Source: Octopus bimaculoides
Lineage: Eukaryota
Length of the DNA: 64,000 bases
NCBI RefSeq assembly: GCF_001194135.2
Contig: NC_068988.1
Location: 12,772,153-12,836,152 of the forward strand
Direction of reading: 5' to 3'
The notes under the pieces are model-generated. The model ran no database searches. It had not been told where the DNA came from and saw only the letters and a list, made by a program, of their open reading frames with translations. A program made the translations under genes and the position numbers. Position 1 is the stretch's first letter; every line of letters starts with the position of its first letter. Below are positions 1-12,434 of the stretch, piece after piece.

Positions 1-699
1 ATATATATAATATATATGTATGTATGTATGTACATATATATGTATGTATATACATACATACATACATACATACATTCATACATATAGACTTACCTACCTA
101 AATACATTCATTCATACCTACGTACATACCTACACACACACACACACACACATGCATAGTTTTTTAGCAAATTTGACAACAGCCAAGTAGTTGCCAAAAT
201 GGATGTTGTAAATACGAATAAAAAATAAAAATAAAATAACAAATAAATTAGTTTAAAAAAAGAGAGAATGAAATTAAAAAAGAAAAAAGCTGAAGGGGAA
301 GGTATTGTGTCCATCCATTAATGGTCAATGGAGACTATGATTTTGACCATGTGGCTCTTTGACCGAGAAGGTAACCATGGAGGAAACTGAAGAATTACAT
401 CTACACCCATCGCTACTACACCTTCCATTTGTCTGAATCTATGGAAATTGCTGTTTCATTGTCACAATGTGTGGTAGTTTGATTGAAATATCCACTGTGT
501 GTGACTCTAAGAAGTTTTAACCACCAGGAATCATTGCAGTATGGTAGCTTGTGTGCCTCAGTGACCACAAGAACTATGTCAGTCTCACATGTTTGGCAGG
601 TCAAAGGGTAGAGGGGAGACTAATATGGACCTGCTTTTCCCAGAGGTTTAAAATGAGTTTGTGTTGGACACAACCTTACTACCTTGAAAAATGCAAAGT

Positions 700-925
700 T
701 ACTGAAACATCAATGACAATTCAAAACTATGACAATTCAAGGCATGGGAGAGGAAGACCTTCCCACAAGGAAACATGAACCCATAAGGGAGGCAGAATAG
801 AGGATGCCAAAAAATAACTGGAGGCAGGATACTGAGGCAGAGGGGAAAAAGCAGGAATCCAACAAGAGAGAAGCAAAAAAGACAGCCCGGAGTCGACAGC
901 AGTGGAGAAAAGTCATTGATGAACT

Positions 926-930
<5 letters not shown>
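700..930 (+). mobile_element. 3' end of an RTE-like LINE (decayed)
   Basis: Translated remnants GRGRP...KKTARSRQQWRKVIDELC resemble the C-terminal RGRP/W-R motif of RTE-clade ORFs; followed by (TA)n. Confidence 0.55.
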
Positions 931-971
<41 letters not shown>

Positions 972-1607
972 NNNNNNNNNNNNNNNNNNNNNNNNNNNNN
1001 NNNNNNNNNNNNNNNNNNNNNNNNNNNNNNNNNNNNNNNNNNNNNNNNNNNNNNNNNNNNNNNNNNNNNNNNNNNNNNNNNNNNNNNNNNNNNNNNNNNN
1101 NNNNNNNNNNNNNNNNNNNNNNNNNNNNNNNNNNNNNNNNNNNNNNNNNNNNNNNNNNNNNNNNNNNNNNNNNNNNNNNNNNNNNNNNNNNNNNNNNNNN
1201 NNNNNNNNNNNNNNNNNNNNNNNNNNNNNNNNNNNNNNNNNNNNNNNNNNNNNNNNNNNNNNNNNNNNNNNNNNNNNNNNNNNNNNNNNNNNNNNNNNNN
1301 NNNNNNNNNNNNNNNNNNNNNNNNNNNNNNNNNNNNNNNNNNNNNNNNNNNNNNNNNNNNNNNNNNNNNNNNNNNNNNNNNNNNNNNNNNNNNNNNNNNN
1401 NNNNNNNNNNNNNNNNNNNNNNNNNNNNNNNNNNNNNNNNNNNNNNNNNNNNNNNNNNNNNNNNNNNNNNNNNNNNNNNNNNNNNNNNNNNNNNNNNNNN
1501 NNNNNNNNNNNNNNNNNNNNNNNNNNNNNNNNNNNNNNNNNNNNNNNNNNNNNNNNNNNNNNNNNNNNNNNNNNNNNNNNNNNNNNNNNNNNNNNNNNNN
1601 NNNNNNN
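972..1607. other. Assembly gap (others: 1932-2310, 20848-20917, 32748-33430, 38761-39526, 48554-48780)
   Basis: Runs of N, several flanked by (TA)n microsatellites. Confidence 1.
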
Positions 1608-2310
1608 ATATATATATATATATATGTATATATGTATATGTATATCTATATGTATATATCATTCTGTTGCTTCTGCTAAATATTAATAAAAATATACATA
1701 TACTCATATTCTGAGTTCTATTTTTCCTGTTTGCACTAATATACCTATATACACATATATGTCATATGACACACATTCAATACTCCTAACAGACAGAGGT
1801 AAATTTGTTTATGCACACACGTGATTGTTACAAATATGTATGTATAAATACATATAATTTATATGAACATATCTATATATAATTTATATATATATGCATA
1901 TAGTTTATATGTATATATATATATATATATANNNNNNNNNNNNNNNNNNNNNNNNNNNNNNNNNNNNNNNNNNNNNNNNNNNNNNNNNNNNNNNNNNNNN
2001 NNNNNNNNNNNNNNNNNNNNNNNNNNNNNNNNNNNNNNNNNNNNNNNNNNNNNNNNNNNNNNNNNNNNNNNNNNNNNNNNNNNNNNNNNNNNNNNNNNNN
2101 NNNNNNNNNNNNNNNNNNNNNNNNNNNNNNNNNNNNNNNNNNNNNNNNNNNNNNNNNNNNNNNNNNNNNNNNNNNNNNNNNNNNNNNNNNNNNNNNNNNN
2201 NNNNNNNNNNNNNNNNNNNNNNNNNNNNNNNNNNNNNNNNNNNNNNNNNNNNNNNNNNNNNNNNNNNNNNNNNNNNNNNNNNNNNNNNNNNNNNNNNNNN
2301 NNNNNNNNNN

Positions 2311-2343
<33 letters not shown>

Positions 2344-2576
2344 TACACACACATATATATATATGTATATATATATGTATATATTTGTTTGTATATATAT
2401 ATATATATATATGTATGTATATGCACATACATGCATGTATGTATGTATGTGCATATATGTATATACATATGTATATAAAAAGAGACACACACAACGAGAT
2501 AATAAGTGGAGTGGTGAGAATGAAGTAAGCGTTGAGGACTTAAGACACAAAAGAATAACGCTAAACAGAGACTTAC

Positions 2577-2618
2577 CTGTTGGCGTTAAGTATGTCGATT
2601 AAAAACAGAACTCTTTTG
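2577..2618 (-). other. Isolated 42-nt candidate exon
   Basis: Minus strand: branch-like CTTAAC, acceptor TTACTTACAG, donor CAG|GTAAGT; one open frame ([13 protein letters not shown]), phase 2/2. Confidence 0.45.
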
Positions 2619-2827
2619 CTGTAAGTAAATGGTTAAGAAAATGTGGCTTTGGTGACGGAAGTGTTGAGTGACATAAAACATTTCTTATCCAGTGATATGT
2701 ATGTGTGCGTTTCTCTGTGTGTGTGTGTGTGTGTGTGGAGAGGTTTGCATATAGGCATGTATGGGTTGGAATCATTGGCTTCAAGGAAAAGGCATGTTGT
2801 ATCTTGAAGACTAATTTGGCCAATGTT

Positions 2828-2960
2828 TATTATTATTGTTGTTGTTGTTATTATCATTATTATTATTATTATTACTATTATTATTATTGTTGTTATTTTT
2901 ATTATTATTATTATTACTATTACTATTGCCATTGTTGTTGTTGTGGTTGTTGTTGTTCTT
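2828..2960. repeat. (TTA)n/(TTG)n compound microsatellite
   Basis: Seen directly; generates spurious poly-Y/L/N/T ORFs. Confidence 0.95.
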
Positions 2961-3932
2961 TCGGTTTTTGACACTGAGATGGTACTTTACAGGCTCTAGA
3001 TTCTGTTGTCTCCCCGACACCAGGTTTTGGGATTTATTTCTTTGTGTCTACTTCTCGTTTCTTTTAAAAAAATTTATGACTTGGGAACAAAAATAAAAAT
3101 GCCCAATAAAGATTTAATGAATAAATAAACAAACAAATAATGAATGAATTAAAAGGAAAGAGAAGAACAATACCAGTGGTGCTGGTGGTGGTGGTGGCGG
3201 TGGTGGTGGTAGCGTCAGCGGCGGTGGTTTTGGTGGTGAAGGTGGCAGCAACGGTGATGGCGGTGGCGGTTCTAGTAGTAGTAGTAGTAGTAGCAGTAGT
3301 CAAGAATTTAAAGTAAAAGAATTCTAAACTTTGGCACAAGGCCATACATTTTGAGTTAAGGCAGTATGTCTCAACCATTTTTTGGTCTATGGACCCTTTT
3401 GATTCCTATTTTACTCTACTGGACCTTCATACCCATCCGATGTTTTAAAAAACCTTATATTTTCATAATTAAATATTATTAGGAAGTGTATAAAAAAAAT
3501 TGCTAAAATATTTTTATGTGTTGTAGAAGCATAACCAATTTCTTGCGCATTAATTTTAACACACTGTTTAAGGATTTTAAAAAAGTGAAAGTTAATTGAG
3601 CAGAAGTGAAAACAGTGATATCCCATAATTTCATAAAGAAAACTGGTGAAATCCCTTAATTCTATCAAGAGAACACCCTCATTATTCCACATTAACAGAC
3701 TCCTACTTGCGTGGAGGTTCATCAAGAAGAAACTCCAGTGACAATGTGGGACTAGTGATGTTTTATTTACATCATATCTTCATGGACACATATGGCAAAG
3801 CAGATTTAGTGATCCTCAAAAAATTCTTTGTGAATCTCATTTTGTGCCTCAATAATTGTTATGTTTTTTTGTAAATGTGATTGTTTTGTTCTTAGATAAA
3901 ATATAATGTATAGTTTTCAACTTATGTTAAAT

Positions 3933-4375
3933 GCAGGAGTGGCTGTGTTGTAAGTAGCTTGCTTACCAACCATATGGTTCTGGGTTCAGTTTCACTGCAT
4001 GGCACCTTGGGCAAGTGTCTTCTTCTATAACCTCGGGCCAACCAAAACCTTGTGAGTAGATTTGGTGGACGGAAACTGAAAGAAGACCATCATATATACA
4101 CACACACACATATATATATAATATATGTGTGTGTGTGTTTGTGTGTATGTATGTATGTACATGTGTGTGTTTGTGTGTCTGTGTTTGTTCCCCACCATCG
4201 CTTGACAACTGATGGTGGCATGTCTGCATCACTGTAACTTAGTGGTTCGGCAAAAGATACCGATAGAATAAGTACTAGGCTTACAAACAATAAGTCCTGG
4301 AGTCAATTTGTTTGACTAAAGGCAGTGCTCCAGCATGGCCACAGTCAAATGACTGAAACAAATAAAAGAATAAAG
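3933..4375 (+). mobile_element. tRNA-derived SINE, family A (CORE-like middle, internal microsatellite)
   Basis: A box GTGGCTGTG-TGG, B-box-like GGTTCAGTT, segment GCACCTTGGGCAAGTGTCTT, 3' AAGGCAGTGCTCCAGCATGGCC; many homologous copies in the window. Confidence 0.85.
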
Positions 4376-4439
4376 AATATGTGTGTTCTATACATTGGTT
4401 ATGTAGTCTCAAGAGAAATTTTCTTCATTGATGAAATGT

Positions 4440-4650
4440 GTAAAAACATATTGCACTATGAATAACATCATTGAATTGTAAGACACATGTGTTTCTGAAT
4501 TGTTATGCCTCATCAGTTACGAATACCGAATCTTTCATATAGAGCAGTGAAAGGCTGATTTGATATTTATAGCTGATGAAGTGTAACAATGCAGAAATGT
4601 ATACAACCTATGACTTAATGAGATCATTCATAACCCAATGTGTTTCCACA
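4440..4650. repeat. Old inverted duplication with two divergent hammerhead-like cores
   Basis: Minus 4478-4520 and plus 4569-4611 both show CTGATGA-14 nt-GAAA-8 nt palindrome; their flanks are also similar in inverted orientation. Confidence 0.6.
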
Positions 4651-5140
4651 CATGCTGGTGCCACATAAAAGGCACCCATGCCATCATCACTTGAAAATTA
4701 CCACGTAAAATGTACCAGTCCCAGCATCACATAAAATGCATCTGTGCTAGTGTCATGTAAAAAAGCACTTGTGCTGGTACCATGTAAAAAAACACCCATG
4801 CTGGGGTGATGTGGAAAGTACCCATGACGACACCACATTAAAAAGTACCCGTGACACTGCCACATAAAAAGCACACATGCTGGCATCATGTAAAAAGCAC
4901 CTGGCCACCATTACATGAAAAAAAACACCTCATGCTGGTGCTACAAAAAAAGGACCTGTGCTGGTGCCACATAAAAGACATCAAGTGCACTCTATAAGTT
5001 GTTGGCATTAGGAGGGACATACAGCTGTAGAAACCATACCAAAACAGACAATTAGAGCCTGGTGAAGCCTTCTGGCTGGCCAGCTCCTGTCAAACTGTCT
5101 AAACCATGCTAGCATGGAAAGTGGACATTAAATGACAATG
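4650..5140 (+). mobile_element. SINE family C with an expanded ~30-bp internal tandem repeat
   Basis: Repeated TGCTGGTGCCACATAAAAAGCACC units, then TTGGCATTAGGAGGGACAT...AAACCATGCTAGCATGGAAAGTGGACATTAAATGA tail. Confidence 0.8.
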
Positions 5141-5882
5141 ACAATTGTGATGGTGTGATGACAAGAAAATTTCTTCCTGAGACTATTTCTGCAGCAAAAA
5201 GTCTTTTCATGTCCAAATATACATGAGTATGATAGATATGATTGTATACATATGTATCTTACTCAACATTGTTTTGTACAATTCTAGTTAATTATTTCTA
5301 GTTAGCTCTTTTTGATACACCCTGCATTGAATATGTTAAATAACTTAACTACAATACATGTGTTCACTTATTAGAATATTATATTCTTTAAACCATAATA
5401 AATAATACACAACAGTAAAACAATAAAACAATTTACCAAGCAACAAAGCATATCAATAATGTATGCTTTCCATATGGTATTTTTTTTCTTTATTTTCTTC
5501 ATGAAGCATCCTAATTGGTATAATTAATTTTCTTTGCCTTTCTGTCAACTCTTATTAAATCATCTAACTCCAACTTTGTTACCTTAAACAACAGTTTATT
5601 AATCATATCACAAATGTATATAGATTACTAAACTAACAATGTACTTTCAGAGTTTAGTTGTGTCTTCAATTATATTAATGGCTTTATAATACCTATAATA
5701 TGTTTTGTTGTACTTATTTCATTGTCACTTAATCTTAGATAAATGTTATATAGGCTCACTATTTCACTTCGTTAATTTCTACATTTTATATTTGTGTTCT
5801 TTACATTCATCAATGTCGGTTGTATATATGTATGCATGTATATCTACATAGATTCACACATATAAATATGTGTGTATGTGTA

Positions 5883-5980
<98 letters not shown>

Positions 5981-6679
5981 CACACAGACAACCACATACT
6001 CACACATACACACACGAGTATATATATATATATATATATAATAGTAATAATAATAATAATAATAATACAAATAACATGTATGTATGTATGTATGTATGTG
6101 TATATGACTGTGTGAGTAAGAAACTTGCTTTCTAATCACAAGGTAATAAGTTCAGTCCACAGTATGGCACTGACCTCACCTGTGTTAGTGCCATATAAAA
6201 AGCACTAAGTCCACTCTGCTGAGTGGTTGGAGTTAGAAAGGGCATCCAGGTGTAAGAATCCTGCTAAAACAGTCACAGAAGTCTGGTGCAGGCTTCTGCC
6301 TGGCTGCTTCTTGTGAAACCGTCCCACCCATGCTAACATTGAAGGCAGATGTTAAACGATGATGATGATGATGATGTACATACATATGTCTACTAAACAC
6401 CATTTTAAAATCGTGATTACTTGTGTGTACATTTGTAAATTTGTGTGTGTGTGTCATGTCCTATAACTGTCTATCTCTCTCTACTTTTGTAGGGTCTTCC
6501 CTGTTGCTGTCACATATTGTGAGATTTTAAAATTATGTCAAAATTTTCAAATTTGGTACATTGAAATAATTTTCCATATTAAATTTTATTTTATTATTTA
6601 TTTGTTCTTAACATCCAGTTGAATTATAGGCAAATTAGATTTCAACAAAAAATTATAATGGGACCCCCAGGGAGGGGGT

Positions 6680-6860
6680 GCTGTAGACATGTCATCGATG
6701 TTATCCAAGGAATAGGCAAAAGTCGATACAGCTTAGCACCGATGACCTCACAACTGATTTCTACAGCTGAAGAAGGAACTGGAGCAACACATTGCCCCCA
6801 TCCAAGAATCGAACTCACTACATCATGATTGTGAGCCCAATGCTCTAACCACTGAGCCAC
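6680..6860 (-). mobile_element. tRNA-headed SINE fragment
   Basis: Minus strand TGGCTCAGTGG (A box) and GAGTTCGATTC (B box), no acceptor stem, followed by non-tRNA sequence. Confidence 0.65.
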
Positions 6861-7194
6861 AGAAGTTACAGTTGCTGTTGTAGAACTATAAATATTTACA
6901 TCCATCATGTGAACCAATCAATAATATCTTAAGATTTATTGACAGATCTTCACAACTGTCATTGACATGGCAAAGGATCCTGTTAGAAATTAGAACAAAA
7001 CATTTCTGCCACCACCCACCCAACCCCCGCCACTTCCTACATCTCAGTTCCAATGCTTCTAATTCCCTGCAACCTTTTCTGTTTCCCTGCTGTTTTCTGT
7101 GTTCCAGTAACACATGTGATAAATTACACTTAACTTTTCTTTCTGACTTGTTTTGCTACGTCCAGATACTTATCAATCATTTTTATTTATTCAC

Positions 7195-7580
7195 TTATTT
7201 TTTTATTTGTTTCAGTCGCTTGACGGCGACCATGCTGGAGCACCGCCTTTAGCCAAACAAATCAACCCCAAGACTTATTCTTTGTAAGCCTAGTATTTAT
7301 TATATCGGTCCCTTTTGCCAAACCATTAAGTTACAGGGGCATGAACACACTAACATCAGTTGTCAAACGATGGTGGTGGGCACAAACACATACACCCAAA
7401 CATACACACACACACATATATATATGACAGGCTTCTTTCAGTTTCCATCTTCCAAATCCACTCATAAGGCTTTGGTTGGCCCTCGGCTATAGTAGAAGAC
7501 ACTTGTCTAAGGTGCCACGCAGTGGGACTAAACCTGAAACAATGTGGTTGGGAAACAAGCTACTTACCACACAGCCATAA
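7195..7580 (-). mobile_element. SINE family A copy
   Basis: Reverse-complement homology to 3933-4375. Confidence 0.8.
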
Positions 7581-8181
7581 ATTTTAAAACCATATAATTT
7601 GTGATCATATATTCTTTTATTTGTTTACATCTTTTAGCCCTAAGGCTGTGGCCATGCTGGGGCACTTCCAGTGTATGCTTTGCTTTGTTTTTCTTTATTA
7701 TATCTTTTACTTGTTTCAGTCACTGGACTACAGCCATGCCAGAATACAGCCTTAAAATAAAAGATGGCTCCCCAGATACTCTTATGGTACAACCCCCCTC
7801 TATCCCCCTACAATTTATACTCTCCCCAGCCCCACTTTTGCCTGTGGGCAGACCCTCTCTCTCTCTCTCACTCTGACTGTCTCTATCTTTCTCTCTAACT
7901 CTCCCCTCCTCCCATTCCTTGCCCTATTGGGATAGCCAAGTGTCTTCTCTATAGTAAGATAACTAGCTCTGTCCCTCTGTTAAACTCTAAACTCTCACCT
8001 GGCTCACAGCTATTTTCTCCAGTACCACTCCCTCCCTCACCTGAGAAGTCTTTGTCTTTCAAGCTACTTTGCGACCCCAATGGTGCCACATAATAAGCAC
8101 CCAGTACACTCTGTAAAATGGTTGGCATTAGAAAGGCCATCCAGCCATAGAAACCATGCCAAAACAGACAAATGGAGCCTG

Positions 8182-8239
<58 letters not shown>

Positions 8240-8250
<11 letters not shown>

Positions 8251-8465
8251 ATATGTTAGTGTGTCTGTGTCCCCCCCCCCCAACATCGCTTGACAACCGA
8301 TGCTGGTGTGTTTACGTCCCCGTAACCTAGCAGTTCGGCAAAAGAGACTGATAGAATAAGTACTAGTCTTACAAAAAATAAGGTCTGGGGTCGATTTGCT
8401 TGACTAAAGGTGGTGCTCCAGCATGGCCACAGTCAAATGACTGAAACAAGTTAAAGAGTTAAACA
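8240..8465 (+). mobile_element. SINE family A, 3' half
   Basis: Homology to 4180-4375. Confidence 0.8.
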
Positions 8466-10099
8466 GTGTGTGTGTAACTTCAGTAATAGGGAAGTATGAA
8501 AATCTGACTCGACTTTTTTGCATTACCGAAACGAAAACTGAATGCGTCATTCAAACTTTTACATTCGTGAGAAAAATATTTCTCAATGACATTAATTATC
8601 GAACTTTATCCGAGAGGAAGAATGTGATTGTATCACACACAGTACTAACACACAAAGTATGTAAAATTATGGGTGGCGGGGAATCAAATATAAAAAATTA
8701 GAGGGGTGCATAATTTGTCGATTTTGAAGCAACCGCTTTTTCCTTTCGGTAATTCAAGAAAACCAAGTCAGATTTGCTCCCAATTTTAATTACTCCGTTT
8801 TCATCCTATTTTTACTTGATACAAAATATAATTTGGGGGCATGACTATCTAAATATTACTAACTAGAATGGTTTGTGAATAGATGTCTATATGGAGTGAT
8901 ATCTATTTGTTTAGTAAACATATTTAGTTTCGATGTGAACAGAGTCGCTAATGGTATGCAAAGCTCAGCAAACAAACGTCAAAATAACATTTTTATTTTG
9001 ATTGCAACGTTGCAACACATAACAAAATCTTCAATAAAGGCAGCACGCACTCCAACAAAAACCTAAGACTCAATGATTAGAGCCAAACTGAACGGTGCGC
9101 GCACATACACACTCACAACACTAAAGTAGTTATCCTATAAAGAGCATCATAAACAGATGGATATGTCTGTAGAGGGATGTGCGTGTCGTTTATTATATAT
9201 TTTTCGTTAGCCCTTGTCTTTTCGTTTTATATAGTTTCGTCACAATTCGTTCTTTTCATCGTTCAATCAAGAGACCCCGTCTTTTTTTGCATTTATTTTC
9301 ATGGTCACTCATTTAAACCCCCCAGCAGCATTTTGCTGTTGACGCTGTCAAATTGAACAATATTATCGATAAGGCATCAAAATTGTGATGATTTTTAGTT
9401 GATAATTGATAAGGGATAAGCATGTTCACGTCCTTTGTATGTATTTTCCCCTGTTTTCCGTATATTTCTTCATCGTTCTCTGGTGTGGCCTACATTTCTC
9501 CCTAATTACTGTAAATGTGTTGCATACTAAATTATGGCACGAACAACCTTCCGTAAATAATTTTTGGCAATTAATTTTTCGTAGTTGATTTAGATACATG
9601 CAAACTCCCAAATAATTAACAGTAGTAAATTTAATAGATTTCCTTTTGCTTCTTCTTTTCTAAAAAAAGAGGAAATAATTGATTTTTAAAACTCTTCTCG
9701 AGCAAGAGATCATTTTACTTCGTGAATTAGGAATTAAAACTGACGAAGCTTGGAATAGTCCATTTTATAATATTCGGTTGACAACATACAAATATGAAGA
9801 CATTAGTTACATTTTAGACAAACACGTAGCTACGTATTAAAATTATGTATAGATGCACTAGCTCTTTTCTTTTTATCGATTATCGATAATCTAGTTTCCT
9901 CATCAGCAACTACCTTAAATAGTGGGTGTGTAATACAAAAAAAATCAAGAACATGGCGAGGAACGTTTATTTAAATTTTTCGAATATCAATCACAAATGT
10001 TGTAATCAGTAAAAATATTAATGGTATACATCAGAAATTTTGAAAAGCATTAGTAATATTAAGAATAATAAGGTAAAATAACGAACATAATTTCAATCG

Positions 10100-10171
10100 G
10101 GGGATGTAGCTCAGTGGTAGAGCGTTCGCTTTGCATGCGAAAGGCCCCGGGTTCGATCCCCGGCATCTCCA
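10100..10171 (+). tRNA. trnA-TGC: tRNA-Ala (anticodon TGC)
   Basis: 72-nt cloverleaf GGGGATG/CATCTCC with the G3:U70 Ala identity pair, intact A and B boxes, anticodon stem TTCGC/GCGAA with loop TTTGCAT, T6 terminator at about 10177-10182. Confidence 0.97.
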
Positions 10172-10254
10172 GAATATTTTTTGCGTTGGATTATAAAATT
10201 TATTTGATTTTTCATTCTACTTCGTGCTAAAGTCATTGATTTTGTTACCTTACT

Positions 10255-10590
10255 TCTTTGAGTCGTTGGAATGCGACCGTGCTGGGGCACCAACTTAAAG
10301 GATTTAGCTGAACAAATTATTTTTAAAGTCTGGTATTTATTCTATTGATGCTTATTGCCGAACCGCTAAGTTACAGAGACATAAACAAGCCAACACCAGT
10401 TATCAGTTGTTGGTGGTGGGGAACAAACACACAGGCTTACACATTAACGTACATACAGTTTCTGTCTACCAAATTCACTCACAAGGCCTTGGTTAACGTA
10501 GGCCTATAGTAGACCAAAGTGACGTCCAGTGAGACTGAATCTAAAACCATGTGATTGCAAAGCTTTCTAATTACACAATCATACCTGCGC
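10255..10590 (-). mobile_element. SINE family A copy
   Basis: Reverse-complement homology to 3933-4375. Confidence 0.75.
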
Positions 10591-12434
10591 CTATGAACTT
10601 GTATATAGACCTTTTTATTATGAGGTGCATTATTTTCCATTTTAAATCAATTTTTACAATTAAATACTGACGGCTTTTTAAACAAAACTTCAGATTTTTT
10701 GTGCATTGTAAGACAGTGATTGGGAAGAAAGCTTGTCTCTGTAGTAAAATGTTAAATCTCTTCATCAGAAGTGTTATGATAATGAACACTACTAGACAGC
10801 TGTCTTGTACTATTTATCTATTCTCTATGACCATTAAAGCCAATATACCTGTAACATTGATACTCATTAAGACTTTTTTTCTGTTAAAGAACTGCTTCGC
10901 TCTTCTAAAATTTCTCTTTCCACTGAGACACAAACCATGCTATCTCCAGTCAGGACATCTTAATGAACCCGGTGCTGCCATTTATTCGTGTATGGAATTC
11001 ATCTGCAGTGTCATCTTTATGACACTGGCTGGAAGTTAGTCAAACTTGCTTCAACGTTGGACAGCCATATCTTCTGCTCAGTATCTGTTTTAGCAGTGAA
11101 GGTACGTGGCTTAGGGGTTTGAAGTATTTGGTTCGTGATTTTAAGGTCGTAAGTTCAATACCCTGTGGTGCTTGTGTCCTTGAACAAGACACTTTATTTC
11201 ACACTGTTCCAGTCTGCTCAGCTGGCAAAACTGAATTGTACCTGTAATTCAAAGGGCCAGTCTTGTTACATTCTGTGTCACACTGAATCTCCCTGAGAAC
11301 TATGTTAAGGGTACACGTGTCAACTGGAACCCTCATCATCATAACCGGCAGAGTGCCAGTTTTCATCTGTCTGGATATTACCAGCCCCCTTTTTCCTCTT
11401 CATTACCTCCAGCCATTCACTCATCCATAATATATCCAAGTCCAATGCAGACTGCGAGTATAAGACGGTGTGGGTTGTCTAGGTTCATAATGTGTTCACT
11501 ATTCCTCAGAATTAACAAAACAGGAACAATATCAAGTGTAATTTCACCGACATGGTCATTGTTTTCCAAAAAGTAATTCATTATTCTGTTAAATCGCCTT
11601 CTTTCGGCGTTGTTGTATATTCCATAAGGAGTGATCCTACACTAGTAAATTCTAACGTTTACCTCAGCATAATGACATAATCCATTTCTGTAGTAAAGGG
11701 AAATAACCAATGCTATAGTCAGCGAATGGTTATTTCCCTTTATAAATATTTACTTCCTTCAGTCCTAGTTTGTGATTGCTAACATCTCTGCCATAATTTT
11801 ACAAAATATTGTGTCGCATTCTCACCATTTAAATGGCAGTTGACAACCATTATTTGAACGAATGAATAACTGCAAATATTTTCTCACGAAACCTTTGGTG
11901 TCGGGCCATTGATCTCTATTAAAAGAATATTTATCCACCTATGTGATGCTGAACCCATTTCTTCCAGTTCATCACAAACACACACACATAGACATGCTTT
12001 ACAATATAGTATGATATGATGATTTGACTGCTATTTTCAAGCAAGTCAAGAGAGGCAGTGTGAGGGTCAGAAATTTAGGGTTATTTTTTTTTTTTGCAAT
12101 GACAGTGATTTTGTTGCAGCAACAAACTGTCTCTCACCTGTCCTAACAGTCTTTCATTTTGTGTGTGTCAATGTACAGGTCATCTGTTTGTGTGCACTAC
12201 TTTGTGTTCTTAGCAATTTATTGTGGAAAAATTGCGAGCGCATTTGGTCATTTGGTTTCCAACCTGCGGCATTTGAGATATTCAGAGGGACAAGGCTACT
12301 AATCGCAATGTCGTATTACCATGTGACAATAGTTAAATTAAAACACAGTTGTCTCCCTTACCGGTGTCACCTTAAAATATCTTCTCCTTTAAAAATGTTC
12401 TGATAAGAATTTTCATCCTTCTGCGAAGTTAAAT

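Noticed and set aside
804-2550. Long ORFs of 190-290 aa in several frames
   Set aside because: They consist of N gaps and (TA)n/(TATG)n microsatellites; artefacts. The same applies to ORFs spanning 32546-33535, 38681-39664 and 48506-48906 as whole units.
2633-3378. Poly-Y/L/N/T/I ORFs
   Set aside because: Translations of (TTA)n, (TTG)n and (GGT)n simple repeats with no splice or homology support; likewise 36707-37389 and 40189-40993.
4650-4985. Repeat-spacer-like array suggesting CRISPR
   Set aside because: Units are degenerate tandem copies within a SINE with no unique spacers; the context is eukaryotic and there are no cas genes.
6780-6860. tRNA-like sequence on the minus strand
   Set aside because: Has A/B boxes but no acceptor stem or terminator; it is a SINE head. 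The heads at the centre of the 28-kb palindrome are also not complete tRNAs.
11410-11635. 74-codon minus-strand open frame (RITPYGIYNNAERRRFNRIMNYF...)
   Set aside because: Weak acceptor, no recognisable homology and no supporting neighbouring coding exons; kept only as unexplained sequence.
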